64,000 nt of DNA. Origin: Candidatus Spechtbacteria bacterium SB0662_bin_43. Lineage in GTDB: Bacteria; Patescibacteriota; Minisyncoccia; Spechtbacterales; 2-12-FULL-38-22. The notes under the pieces are model-generated. The model was given only the letters and a program-made list of their open reading frames with translations, had not been told where the DNA came from and made no database searches. Below, in pieces: positions 33,127 to 42,928 of this stretch (position 1 is its first letter; every line of letters starts with the position of its first letter). The translations under genes and the position numbers were made by a program. Location of the stretch: assembly GCA_009839835.1 (NCBI GenBank), contig VXOY01000010.1, positions 4,025 to 68,024 of the forward strand. The letters run 5' to 3'.

Positions 33127-33250
33127 ACTGATCGTTGTTCGCTCACGGTCAGTACCTCCTTCCAGCCGCCCCACTTCTTTCACTTCCTGCTGTGTGACAG
33201 GAGTGGGGTGGCGCATCTTTCTAATACACACCCTTTGATGGGTGTTTTTT
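33127..33250 (+). ncRNA. Candidate small RNA with anti-SD-like single-stranded segments
   Basis: TTGTGT-17-TATAGT (TG-extended) promoter at 33092-33120, two hairpins, then terminator ACACCC-N6-GGGTGT+T-run. No plausible + strand ORF. Confidence 0.6.
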
Positions 33251-33270
33251 GTTGAAGTTGAGAAAGTGAG

Positions 33271-33408
33271 CCAAAAAAGATTTTACTACACAGCGACCTC
33301 TAAAAGATTTTTTCTGTGCTAAACCGATTACCGCTAACCACCAGAAAAAACGTTTTTCGGTCGCTGATGGTGGTAGTTGAGGTATAAAAAGTAAAATCCT
33401 TTTTTTGG
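33271..33408. repeat. Dispersed structured repeat, family B (copy 1)
   Basis: Core CAGCGACCTC.AAAAGATTTTTTCTG...CCAGAAAAAAC.TTTTTCGGTCGCT also present at ~62467-62540. Outer stem GATTTTACT/AGTAAAATC. Confidence 0.85.
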
Positions 33409-33486
33409 TTTCTTTTCAGCTAACCATCTTATACGTAAAAATTGTATTTTGTTTATTGGGGCAGAGATATAGTATATAATAAAACT

Positions 33487-34053
33487 ATGAAAATGACGCA
33501 GCGAATGTACGATGCGGTAAACACTGTGGCAATTCTCCATAATGGTCAGTATCGCAAAGACAAGGTAACACCGTTTATAACCCATCCATTTTTTGTTGGT
33601 ATGGTGTTGTCTCGTTACACAGACGATGAAGACGTCGTGATAGCTGGTTTGTTTCACGATGTTTTAGAGGATGTCCCAGGGCAGACGCGAGACCATATTG
33701 CAAGCGGTTTTGGTGATAGGATTGCGGATATTGTTGTGGGCGTAACGCACAATACAGAGATTGATTGGAAAACAAGCCGTACAGATTATTTGGATATGCT
33801 TCGTTCTGGCAGTGAGGAATCGTTGATGGTTGCGTGTGCAGACAAAATACACAACATCACCTCACATATTGAGGGTGTTCGCAAAGGAGGAGAGCAATTT
33901 TGGAGTTATTTTTCAGCACCAAAACAAGAGTATAAGTGGTTCTACGAATCCACGCTTTCTATTGCTCAAGATCGGTTAAAGAACCCAATCGTTGATGAAC
34001 TGCGCGGCGTGGTCCAACGAGCAAATGAGGAAATTTTTGCGCCCAGCGAGTGA
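33487..34053 (+). CDS. HD-domain hydrolase (RelA/SpoT HD_4-like, small alarmone hydrolase type)
   Basis: HNGQYRK..PFITHP, FHDVLED and ADKIHN. Confidence 0.85.
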   Translation: MKMTQRMYDAVNTVAILHNGQYRKDKVTPFITHPFFVGMVLSRYTDDEDVVIAGLFHDVLEDVPGQTRDHIASGFGDRIADIVVGVTHNTEIDWKTSRTDYLDMLRSGSEESLMVACADKIHNITSHIEGVRKGGEQFWSYFSAPKQEYKWFYESTLSIAQDRLKNPIVDELRGVVQRANEEIFAPSE

Positions 34054-34056
34054 TGT

Positions 34057-34512
34057 ATGGGAAAAAGCGTCCGTTATGATACATCCTTTGGCGTTGTCCC
34101 TGTGTTGCAAGAGCAAGCAGAGTGGTATTTTCTTCTCATACAACACCAGACAAGCGACCCTTCCGAAAAAGGGCACTGGTCATTTCCAAAGGGACATAAG
34201 GAGAGTGGCGAAACAGACATTGAAACAGCAGTTCGGGAATTGAAAGAGGAAACAGGCATCGTTGATATGAGGCTGCACGATGAATGTGTTTTTGAGGAGC
34301 GTTACTCGTTTTGTGTTGATGGCATAGATGTGTATAAAACGGTAGTGTATTTTTTGTGCGTTGTAAAAAATCGCAACGTCGCTATTCAGATAGACGAAGT
34401 TGCAGACTATCAATGGGTTGCGTACGAAGACGCCTTACAAAAAGCGTCTTACGATAACACGCGAAACATTATTACGCAGGTGAATCGTGTTTTGCGCACA
34501 GGAAGTTTTTAA
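34057..34512 (+). CDS. NUDIX hydrolase (Ap4A hydrolase-like)
   Basis: Nudix box WSFPKGHKESGETDIETAVRELKEETG. Confidence 0.9.
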   Translation: MGKSVRYDTSFGVVPVLQEQAEWYFLLIQHQTSDPSEKGHWSFPKGHKESGETDIETAVRELKEETGIVDMRLHDECVFEERYSFCVDGIDVYKTVVYFLCVVKNRNVAIQIDEVADYQWVAYEDALQKASYDNTRNIITQVNRVLRTGSF

Positions 34513-34550
34513 GAGTATGGTAAAATACTATAACAGTAGCAGCGTGAGTA

Positions 34551-35366
34551 ATGTGCAGTATGGTAAAGAAAAAAGAAACGAAAAAACAGAAGAAAACAAC
34601 ATCACATAGTTCTTCACAGAAACACAAACCTGTTCGCAAGAAAAAGACATTGTTCAAGCCATCTCTCCAGAAAGACATATCACAGCACGACCTTACCAGC
34701 ATTGAACAGATTACCAATATGATATTTGGGAGAGATTCGAGGATTGCTCGGTCGCTCCGTATTTTTTGGGAGACAAGGCGAGGGTTTCTTTTTTTGAGGC
34801 AATACAGGAAATCTGCAACATTTTTTGGGTCTGCGCGCGACCACCTTCCTCCAAGAATGTACACAGAAGCAACACAGTTGGCGCGCATGTTGGCTGATGA
34901 TAACTACGCTATTATCACTGGAGGAGGTGGAGGAATTATGGAGGCGGCAAATAAAGGGGCGTTTGAATCGGGTGGTAGGTCGGTTGGTCTGAATATAGAG
35001 TTGAAAAACGGACAGCGACAGAACGTGTACATCAATGAAGGTATGCCGTTTCACTACTTTTTTATCCGCAAATTAATGTTAGCGTTCTCATCAAAAATCT
35101 ACATCTTTTTTCCTGGTGGGTTTGGGACAATGGACGAGTTTTTTGAAATCGTGACGCTCATACAGACAGAAAAAATAGAAGATCCCATTCCCGTAGTAGT
35201 AGTAGGGAAAGAGTTCTGGAGCCCGCTGCTTGAATGGGTTGATAACCATCTGTACGAACGATTTGGAACAATTAGTAGAGACGACCAAAAAATATATACC
35301 CTGGTTGATAGTGCTGAAGAAGCGTACAAAGTTCTGCTTCAAAAGAAAAAATCAAAAAAGAAATAA
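34551..35366 (+). CDS. LOG-family (TIGR00730-like) nucleotide phosphoribohydrolase
   Basis: FFGSAR, TGGGGGIMEAAN and FPGGFGTMDE. Confidence 0.9.
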   Translation: MCSMVKKKETKKQKKTTSHSSSQKHKPVRKKKTLFKPSLQKDISQHDLTSIEQITNMIFGRDSRIARSLRIFWETRRGFLFLRQYRKSATFFGSARDHLPPRMYTEATQLARMLADDNYAIITGGGGGIMEAANKGAFESGGRSVGLNIELKNGQRQNVYINEGMPFHYFFIRKLMLAFSSKIYIFFPGGFGTMDEFFEIVTLIQTEKIEDPIPVVVVGKEFWSPLLEWVDNHLYERFGTISRDDQKIYTLVDSAEEAYKVLLQKKKSKKK

Positions 35367-35375
35367 TAAAAATGT

Positions 35376-36398
35376 ATGTATGATACGCCCAAGATCATAG
35401 ATAAAAAAGTGTTGATAGCGCTTTGTTTCGTGCTTGTTGTTGGTGCAGGAGTTGCTATTAGTACGTTTGTGTTTTCTGAAGATACGAACGTATCTACCCG
35501 TGTCCCAGCAGGTGCTGTTCCCTCTGAAAATGTTGTTGGTAGCGATTCGCAAGAACAGGAAGCCAAACAACAACAAGGGGAAGATACCAATGACAATGGG
35601 AATAATACAGACCCACCAGAAAGCACTGAAGATGGAGACACGAATACGGTAGTGGATTCTGTCCGACCAACCACAACTGTACAAAATAATAACAATCCAT
35701 CTCCAATACCCGGGGATAGTTCTTCTGGTTTTGATGCTGCAAAGGTCATCAGCGCAACGAACGCGTATCGTGCGCAAAGAGGACTTGCTCCGTTGCGCTA
35801 TAACGAGGCGCTTGCACTATCTGCCAACAGAAAAGTTGATTTGATATTCCAAGAACAACACTTTGAACACAGATCCTTGAGCGGAAAAGAGGTAAGCGAT
35901 TTAATACAAGAAGCAGGGTACCAGTTTCTTGCTGTTGGAGAGAACTTGGCATTGGGCACCTACAGGAGCGAACAAGAAATTGTAGAATTGTGGATACAGT
36001 CTCCTGCGCACCATGCAATACTCGTAAGTCCTTATTTTGAAGACATAGCAATAGGCATCAAGCAAGGTGTGTTTGAGGGGCAACGTGTATGGGTAGCAGT
36101 GCAACATTTTGGTAGGCCAGCTGCGGCATGCGCTCCAGTTGCACCGCAACAAGCCCTCAAACAACGGATAGATAGTCAATCCGAACAGCTACGTGTCTGG
36201 GAGCAAGAGATACAGGAGAAACAAGCAGTGTTGAAGAAATACGCCCCATCGTATGGAGTAGAGTATAATCAGGTTGCTCGCGAATACGACTCATTGGTGC
36301 AACAGTATAACGCGTTATTGCAGGAGGCAAAACAGGCAATTAATACCTATAACAAACAAGCAAAAGCATATAACGACTGTATAAGCATGGGAGTATGA
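35376..36398 (+). CDS. Membrane-anchored CAP/SCP-domain protein
   Basis: TNAYR..GLAPL, FEH, GENLA and WIQSPAH; N-terminal TM and C-terminal coiled coil. Confidence 0.88.
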   Translation: MYDTPKIIDKKVLIALCFVLVVGAGVAISTFVFSEDTNVSTRVPAGAVPSENVVGSDSQEQEAKQQQGEDTNDNGNNTDPPESTEDGDTNTVVDSVRPTTTVQNNNNPSPIPGDSSSGFDAAKVISATNAYRAQRGLAPLRYNEALALSANRKVDLIFQEQHFEHRSLSGKEVSDLIQEAGYQFLAVGENLALGTYRSEQEIVELWIQSPAHHAILVSPYFEDIAIGIKQGVFEGQRVWVAVQHFGRPAAACAPVAPQQALKQRIDSQSEQLRVWEQEIQEKQAVLKKYAPSYGVEYNQVAREYDSLVQQYNALLQEAKQAINTYNKQAKAYNDCISMGV

Positions 36399-37219
36399 AC
36401 GCACAGGAACAACAATTTCACGCCTCTGTAATGGAATACTATCAGCAATACGGAAGGCACTCATTGCCCTGGCGAGTTGCACGCGGTACAGAAAGTATTA
36501 ATCCGTACTGTGTTGTGGTGTCAGAGTATATGCTCCAACAAACACAAGTTGCGCGGGTACTCACAAAATATCCGTTGTTTTTGTCCCGCTTCCCAACAGT
36601 AAATGCGTTGGCAGCAGCACCCCAGTCTGCAGTTGTGCGAGTGTGGCAGGGGTTAGGGTACAATAGGCGGGCAATAGCACTCCATAGAAGCGCATTACGA
36701 ATTGTTCAGGAGTATGGCGGTCGCATTCCTCGTGCGTATGAGGACTTGATTTCTTTGCCCGGTATTGGTCATGCAACTGCAGGAGCGATTCAAGCATTTG
36801 CTTTTAACAAGCCAGTTGTTTTCATTGAGACAAACATTCGGAGGGCATTCATTGACTTTTTCTTTACCTCCTCAGAAAACGTTGCAGACAAAGACATCAT
36901 GCCACTCGTAGAAAAAACACAAGGCAACGTGTCGTCACGGGAGTGGTACTACGCCTTGATGGATTACGGAGCCTTTCTATCAAAACAGAAAAACAACCCG
37001 AACCGCAAAAGCGCTCACTACTCTTTGCAATCACCATTTGAGGGGTCAAATCGGCAATTGCGCGCCGCAACCATTCGTATGCTCCTTGATAGGCCACGAT
37101 CGCGAGATGATATTGTAGAAACGCTGTCTGTTGCAGAAGATCGTATGGAAACTATCCTTTTTTCGCTCCAAAAAGACGGCTTTATTCGGCAAGACGCTAC
37201 GATGATTTTTCTGGTGTAG
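36395..37219 (+). CDS. mutY: A/G-specific adenine glycosylase (short form, no Fe-S Cys motif)
   Basis: LPWR, SEYMLQQTQV, WQGLGYNRRA, HhH LPGIG and ETNIRR. Confidence 0.9.
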   Translation: MNAQEQQFHASVMEYYQQYGRHSLPWRVARGTESINPYCVVVSEYMLQQTQVARVLTKYPLFLSRFPTVNALAAAPQSAVVRVWQGLGYNRRAIALHRSALRIVQEYGGRIPRAYEDLISLPGIGHATAGAIQAFAFNKPVVFIETNIRRAFIDFFFTSSENVADKDIMPLVEKTQGNVSSREWYYALMDYGAFLSKQKNNPNRKSAHYSLQSPFEGSNRQLRAATIRMLLDRPRSRDDIVETLSVAEDRMETILFSLQKDGFIRQDATMIFLV

Positions 37220-37337
37220 GTTATGTGATTAAACCAGCAATGAAAATAAGTGCAAGATTGTTTTTCTGGTGATATGGTGTATAGTAGGTAAGGTATCCGT
37301 TGTGTTCTCATGAGCACCACAAGAAAGGAGTTTTGCA

Positions 37338-37634
37338 ATGGATGTGCCCCTTCTGATGTACCTGGTCATGGTACCAGTCTCGGTGCTCGTCGTATCCTTT
37401 ATGGGATTCGCAGGGTTGTCGCTTCGGTACGAACAGCGGCACACCAAGGTCAAGGCAGCCGTGTCGTTCTTGTTGATCGGCTCGCTCACCTTTCTGGGCC
37501 CAGTTATCGGAGGAGTGGTGGACGTTGCATATCTTCCCATATTGTACATCCCCTGTATCGCAGGGTGGTGCACGATGTGTATCGCAGCATTCGCTCCTCA
37601 TCCGTACGACATCGTGCGCATGGTGTCGCGTTGA
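37338..37634 (+). CDS. Small 3-TM orphan membrane protein (SD-bearing)
   Basis: Three hydrophobic segments; AGAAAGGAG 7 nt upstream; terminator follows. Confidence 0.7.
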   Translation: MDVPLLMYLVMVPVSVLVVSFMGFAGLSLRYEQRHTKVKAAVSFLLIGSLTFLGPVIGGVVDVAYLPILYIPCIAGWCTMCIAAFAPHPYDIVRMVSR

Positions 37635-37638
37635 GGAC

Positions 37639-37680
37639 GGCTCCTATTGAGTACCCGCTGTACTCAATAGGAGCCTTTTT
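37639..37680 (+). terminator. Intrinsic terminator
   Basis: GGCTCCTATTGAGTAC-CCGCT-GTACTCAATAGGAGCC followed by TTTTT. Confidence 0.85.
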
Positions 37681-37784
37681 GTATCATAATAATAGTGTGT
37701 GTATCACAGAAATTTCTCTCTTGCCCTCCCTCCAAGTGCTTTTTTGAGTGCGTATTATAGGAAGTAGTGGCGTGATTTTTACCT

Positions 37785-39116
37785 ATGCTGTGGGCAAATA
37801 TATGTTCTACGGGGTGTATTGGTGTGTTGCTTGGAGTTTTCCTTGCTTCATTTTTCAACATTCATAGCGTTGCTATTGCACTTCTTTTTTGTGCTGCATC
37901 GTTTGGATGCTTGCTCTTCTGGAACAATGAGAAAATACGGTATGGATCCATTGTGCTGGTCGCAAGTTGCGCAGGCATAGTTTTGTATTACCACGCAACA
38001 GTATCTATTTTGGAAGGAGATATTGCTGCACCACAAGACCCTGTATCGTTCTATGGACATATTGAAGATGTTGATCGCCGAAGCAATGGGAGGGTATTTT
38101 TGCGAGTCGAGCCCCAGGATACCCTACAGTACCCTGTACGAATCACAACGTACAACGATACCCGCGCTTTTGCTGTTGGCGACAAGGTGCAGGTTCAGGG
38201 GGTGCTCGAGGTTCCGCAGTCATTCAATGGTTTTGATTATCGCGGGTATTTGGCAAAAGAGGGTATTGCGTTTGTTGCGGCATCACCTACGATTGTTGAG
38301 GTAGGTGACAGGAAGAAGAATGTAGCAACTGTACTTTTTGATATACGAATGGAGATGGCGCGCGGATTAGAAAAGATGCTTCCGCCTGACAATGCCGCGT
38401 TATACAAGGCAATGCTATTGGGGCAGAGGGGTGATATATCGCGCACAAAACAGGATGCAATACGAGGCGCTGGGTTGAGCCACATTGTTGCTATATCAGG
38501 TCTCCATATCGCTCTGCTTTTTGGTATTGTGTTTATCGTGCTGTCGCTTGTACCTGTACACCGTACTGTTGTAGGAGCGGTTGCAGTCCTTTGTATTGCG
38601 TTCTACATTATGATGATTGGTGCGCCTGCAAGCGCTGTACGCGCAGGCTTGATGATAGGCGCTCTGCTCCTTGCTTCAACGGTTGGTCGTCCCAATGTGC
38701 CGTACCGAGTACTGCTCCTTGTTGCCACAATTATGGTGTGTTTCAATCCTCTTATTGTGCGGTACGACATCGGGTTTCAGCTCTCGTTTGCCGCAGTTGC
38801 CGCGATTTTGTTTGTCGTGGGTAGTCGCACCTTGTCTTCTGCCTTAAGAACGTATGACCTCTTCAACATCCGTTCGTTTCTCCTTGTAACAGTTGCTGCG
38901 TACCTTGCGACATTTCCTCTCGTACTCTTACATTTTGACGATGTTGCAGAGTGGGGGATTATCGCGAACATACTTGTTGTTCCTCTCATTCCTGCTCTCT
39001 TGGTTGCGGGCATTATTGTCGCATTGCTTGGAGTCATTGGTGCTCCTGCGCTCCTTGCAGCACCTGCATTTTCACTATCGTGGTACGTTTTAGAAATTGC
39101 ACAATGGCTTTCGTAA
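37785..39116 (+). CDS. comEC: ComEC/Rec2 competence protein, membrane part
   Basis: GLSHIVAISGLH, SAVRAGLM and GFQLSF motifs. Confidence 0.92.
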   Translation: MLWANICSTGCIGVLLGVFLASFFNIHSVAIALLFCAASFGCLLFWNNEKIRYGSIVLVASCAGIVLYYHATVSILEGDIAAPQDPVSFYGHIEDVDRRSNGRVFLRVEPQDTLQYPVRITTYNDTRAFAVGDKVQVQGVLEVPQSFNGFDYRGYLAKEGIAFVAASPTIVEVGDRKKNVATVLFDIRMEMARGLEKMLPPDNAALYKAMLLGQRGDISRTKQDAIRGAGLSHIVAISGLHIALLFGIVFIVLSLVPVHRTVVGAVAVLCIAFYIMMIGAPASAVRAGLMIGALLLASTVGRPNVPYRVLLLVATIMVCFNPLIVRYDIGFQLSFAAVAAILFVVGSRTLSSALRTYDLFNIRSFLLVTVAAYLATFPLVLLHFDDVAEWGIIANILVVPLIPALLVAGIIVALLGVIGAPALLAAPAFSLSWYVLEIAQWLS

Positions 39117-39937
39117 AGAACCATCTTTTGTTTTTCATAGCACTGCTTGCATTTGTTGCCGTGAGTCTGTTTGCGTTTGTCGTAAATACCCGTGACCCTG
39201 AGTTAGTGGTTCATTTTTTGAACGTTGGTCAGGGTGATGCTATTTTTGTGGAGATGCCAACAGGGCACACCCTCCTTATAGATGGAGGGTTGTCAGGCAG
39301 CGAAACAGCATATATCATTGGTTCACTACTGCCATTTTATGAACGAGATATAGATGTGGTGATAGCAACGCATCTGGACAGCGACCATATTGGAGGTTTA
39401 ATTTCTGTGCTTTCGTATTTTGATATTGGGACAATTGTTGTTCCGCAGCGAAGAGGGGATACCACAGTGTTGTCTTCATTTTGGTATATGGTTGATAAGG
39501 AGCAGAGCAATGTTGTTACAGGAGAGCAAGGGATGAAAATAGCGTTTGGAGACGATATTGTTTTAGAAATTCTCTCACCTGCGAGCGATGGATTGTATTT
39601 TTCAGAAAATCAGAGTTCAATTGTTGCAAAACTATCGTACAAGAACGACTCATTCCTTTTTACAGGCGACATAGACCAGCGTATTGAGAGAAGTCTACTT
39701 GCGCGCACCATTGATGTATCTGCCGATGTTTTGAAAGTTGCCCATCACGGTAGCGCCTCATCCAGCCTCCCTGCGTTCATTGAAGCTGTCTCGCCAACAA
39801 TAGCCGTCATACAAGTAGGCAAAAACTCGTATGGACACCCACACAAAGACGTTATCTACACCCTCAAAGACACAACCATCCTCCGCAACGACATCCACGG
39901 ACATATTTCTATAAAAAGTAATGGCAATTCGCTGTGA
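39104..39937 (+). CDS. ComEC-associated metallo-beta-lactamase-fold protein
   Basis: LNVGQGDA, THLDSDHIGG, FTGD, LKVAHHGS and YGHPH. Start moved to MAFVKN. Confidence 0.92.
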   Translation: MAFVKNHLLFFIALLAFVAVSLFAFVVNTRDPELVVHFLNVGQGDAIFVEMPTGHTLLIDGGLSGSETAYIIGSLLPFYERDIDVVIATHLDSDHIGGLISVLSYFDIGTIVVPQRRGDTTVLSSFWYMVDKEQSNVVTGEQGMKIAFGDDIVLEILSPASDGLYFSENQSSIVAKLSYKNDSFLFTGDIDQRIERSLLARTIDVSADVLKVAHHGSASSSLPAFIEAVSPTIAVIQVGKNSYGHPHKDVIYTLKDTTILRNDIHGHISIKSNGNSL

Positions 39938-40046
39938 GAGAAAATGCGTTTGCTGGGTTAGTTCTTATGCAGCTGTGGTGTAGTGCGTAATCACACCGTG
40001 TTTCGTCTTTCTTTTGAGTCTCAAAATAGGATGAATGAGTAGGGGC

Positions 40047-40075
40047 TTGCAATTCGCAACCAAGTTGCGTATAAT
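40047..40075 (+). promoter_or_regulatory. Sigma70 promoter with embedded palindromic operator (putative Fur/Zur box)
   Basis: TTGCAA-17-TATAAT whose spacer contains CGCAAC-CAA-GTTGCG; ATG lies 6 nt after the -10. Confidence 0.75.
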
Positions 40076-40081
40076 ACTAAT

Positions 40082-40513
40082 ATGCTTACAATGATAGACA
40101 ATACGTTCCAAGAAATAAGAGCCCAAGGTAAAAAACTTACCAAAACACGTAGGGCTGTTATCAAGATGCTCTGTCGTTCACATCGCTTACTCACCGCCCC
40201 TGAGATACAGGAAAAGCTGAATCAGCAAGGTATTTCTGTCAATAAAACTTCTGTATATAGAGAACTGGAATTCTTAACGAGTCAAAAAGTTATACAGCAA
40301 GTGAGTATCAGCCCAGGGGTAACTCATTATGAGTCAGCCCTTCGTTCTCACCACCATCATCTCGTATGTACTGGCTGCGGAGATGCTACAGACATTGACA
40401 CGAAAGAGCTTGAAAAACACGTACAGAATATACAGACCAAGGCACAACAGCAAGGGTTCAGAGTACGAGACCATTCATTAGAATTTTATGGTCTGTGCGC
40501 CAATTGTAAATAA
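40082..40513 (+). CDS. Fur-family metalloregulator (Zur-like)
   Basis: LTKTRRAV, SVYREL, HHHHLVCTGCG and YGLCANC. Confidence 0.93.
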   Translation: MLTMIDNTFQEIRAQGKKLTKTRRAVIKMLCRSHRLLTAPEIQEKLNQQGISVNKTSVYRELEFLTSQKVIQQVSISPGVTHYESALRSHHHHLVCTGCGDATDIDTKELEKHVQNIQTKAQQQGFRVRDHSLEFYGLCANCK

Positions 40514-40538
40514 TAATAATAATTAAATAATCATTACT

Positions 40539-41486
40539 ATGAGAATAGCATTTGTCGGCAAAGGTGGATCGGGTAAAAGTACCTTTTCAGCTTTGTTTTT
40601 CTTACACCTCATTAAAAATAATCACAACGTCATGTGTTTTGACGCTGATTTAAATATTCATGTACCTCAATTATTAGGAATGGATTTTCCAGAAAAAAAG
40701 TCTCTCTCATCAAATGAAAACACCAAGAGAGTTAAGGAGTACCTCATTGGAGAAAGCAAAAAAATCGCCTCCCCAGATTACTTCCAAAAAACCACCCCTC
40801 CCTCGCGTGGTGTTAACCTCTTTGAGCTCACGCCTGAAAATGAGATTATTGCATCATTTACAGAACCTTACAGCACTGGTTATGTAGCTATTGTTGGCAC
40901 GTACGAAGAAGATGAAATCGGGAGAAGTTGTTATCACACTAATTTGTCAATCTTAGAAAACATTTTGACCTTTGCCAAATTACAAGACGAAGACTGGATA
41001 ATAACTGATATGGTTGCTGGTATTGACGCCTTTTCCAATACCTTACACAAACAGTACGACGCACTCTTTTTGATCGTTGAGCCTACACAAGAGAGTATCG
41101 CTGTGTACGATCAATACAAAAAATTGGCGCAGCACGCTGGAATCAACGACCGCTTGTATGTTGTAGGAAACAAAATTGAAGACGAAGACGACGAGCAGTT
41201 TATCGCTGAGAATATTGATGACGGACACTACGTTGGCTCTCTCAAAAAAAGCAGCGCGCTCAAAAAATTGCGACAAAAAGGAGACCCGCTGACACCTGAT
41301 ATCTTTTCATATCTGGATGAATCCCTGTTTGAAAAACTCACAGAAATAAGCAAGAGAATGAAAAAGGATCCAAATACCAGATTAGAGGAGTTGTATCAAT
41401 TACACCTTAAGTATATTGACCAAGATTATATTAGGAACACAGTGGGTGATTTGTCCACTCAAATAGATGAGGAATTTGAGTTTTGA
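40539..41486 (+). CDS. CooC/AcsF-like (MinD/ParA superfamily) ATPase
   Basis: FVGKGGSGKST, DADLN, GRSCYH, DMVAG and VGNK. Confidence 0.85.
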   Translation: MRIAFVGKGGSGKSTFSALFFLHLIKNNHNVMCFDADLNIHVPQLLGMDFPEKKSLSSNENTKRVKEYLIGESKKIASPDYFQKTTPPSRGVNLFELTPENEIIASFTEPYSTGYVAIVGTYEEDEIGRSCYHTNLSILENILTFAKLQDEDWIITDMVAGIDAFSNTLHKQYDALFLIVEPTQESIAVYDQYKKLAQHAGINDRLYVVGNKIEDEDDEQFIAENIDDGHYVGSLKKSSALKKLRQKGDPLTPDIFSYLDESLFEKLTEISKRMKKDPNTRLEELYQLHLKYIDQDYIRNTVGDLSTQIDEEFEF

Positions 41487-41489
41487 TAT

Positions 41490-42923
41490 ATGTATACACT
41501 CACCCCCATTATTCATCCCCAGATACATAAAACGTTGACCGATAAGGAGAAGATGAGAGAACTTCAAAACGCCTTTGGATCCCCTCTGAATCTGATATAC
41601 CCTCAAATCGTTACTGAAAATCTGAAACAGTTTTATGAAGTTTTTGCGTCTCATAAGATCAAGGGCGAAATTCTCTACGCCTATAAAGCCAATAAGTCAA
41701 CTGCTATTCTCAAAGAATTGAGTGTGACGAATTGCAAAATAGATGTTGCTTCAGAAAAAGAGTTGCAACAAGCGTTGTCAGCAGGTTTTGTTGGCGCTCG
41801 CATAGAAGCGACTGGTCCGAAAAACCGTGCCTTTATGAGGTTAGCACTACAGCATAGTGCAATCATCAATCTCAATAGCCCAAGCGAGCTGGAAACAATG
41901 TTGGAGCTACGCGAAGAATTGAATATTTTGATTCCTACCCCAGTCTTTATGAGGCTCAAAGAGTTCAAGTCAAAACAAACAAACGTTATTCAAAAAGACG
42001 TGAAGTTTGGTTTCAGTATCAACGAAGCAAAGAACGCACTCAAAACTATACATACTCATAAAGACAACCTTGATTTTATAGGTTTCTCGTTCCACCTCAC
42101 GAGCACCAGTGAAAAAGAACGGCTCGTTGCTATTGAACAGTCCTTATATTTAACTCTTGAGGCTATCAAACTGGGCTTAGACCCCAAGGGGATTAATATC
42201 GGTGGTGGCTTTAGTATAAATTACTTGGAGAGTAGTACTGAGTGGAACAACTACGTGTCTGCTATAAAAGCCTCTCTGCTTGACCCAACAAAACCCTCAA
42301 TGAGTTGGAATCAGTCAGGATTAGGACTGTGGGCTGAAAATGGAAAAATAAGAGGCGTAGCTACATTTTCAGACTTTTACAGACCGTACAATCAATTTGA
42401 AGAGCTCAATAAAGTGCTCAGCGCGGAACTGCCCACGTTTGGAACGATAAGTCAATTCTTGCAAGAAAATATGCTACACGTGTTTATTGAACCAGGCAGA
42501 TCAATGCTGGATCAATCTGGTGTCACGTTGGCTAAGGTAGGGTCAATCAACACATCTCTCAAGGATGAAACAGTTATTTTTTTGGATATGAATAGGTCTC
42601 ATATTAGCTCAATTGAACTTGAGTTTATGTCAGACCCACTGATTATTCCCAGTAACGCTAATAAAAAAACAAAAGCAAAAGACGGAGTCTTCTTGAGCGG
42701 AAATCTATGTTTGCCGCATGATTTTATCTGTCGGAGAAAAGTATTCTTTCCTTATTCTCCTCAACCAGGTGACATTTTGGCTTTCATCAATACCGCTGGC
42801 TATTTTATGGACTTTACTGAAAGTGAAACCATCCAACACCCGCACGCGTCAAAACTTGCTATTCATTCATCTGGTTGGTCGCTTGATGAAAAATATGAAC
42901 CATCCTTAATCACTAAAAATTAA
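41490..42923 (+). CDS. Fold-type III PLP decarboxylase (LysA/Y4yA-like)
   Basis: YAYKAN (PLP Lys), DVAS, FSFHL, NIGGGF, EPGRS, GNLCL and NTAGY. Confidence 0.85.
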   Translation: MYTLTPIIHPQIHKTLTDKEKMRELQNAFGSPLNLIYPQIVTENLKQFYEVFASHKIKGEILYAYKANKSTAILKELSVTNCKIDVASEKELQQALSAGFVGARIEATGPKNRAFMRLALQHSAIINLNSPSELETMLELREELNILIPTPVFMRLKEFKSKQTNVIQKDVKFGFSINEAKNALKTIHTHKDNLDFIGFSFHLTSTSEKERLVAIEQSLYLTLEAIKLGLDPKGINIGGGFSINYLESSTEWNNYVSAIKASLLDPTKPSMSWNQSGLGLWAENGKIRGVATFSDFYRPYNQFEELNKVLSAELPTFGTISQFLQENMLHVFIEPGRSMLDQSGVTLAKVGSINTSLKDETVIFLDMNRSHISSIELEFMSDPLIIPSNANKKTKAKDGVFLSGNLCLPHDFICRRKVFFPYSPQPGDILAFINTAGYFMDFTESETIQHPHASKLAIHSSGWSLDEKYEPSLITKN

Positions 42924-42928
42924 GAATT

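Noticed and set aside
33066-33161. Minus-strand AAGGAGGT + GTG mini-ORF (VSEQRSVPSLY...) as a type I toxin
   Set aside because: The peptide is not toxin-like, and promoter and U-tailed terminator polarity favour a + strand RNA. It cannot be fully excluded.
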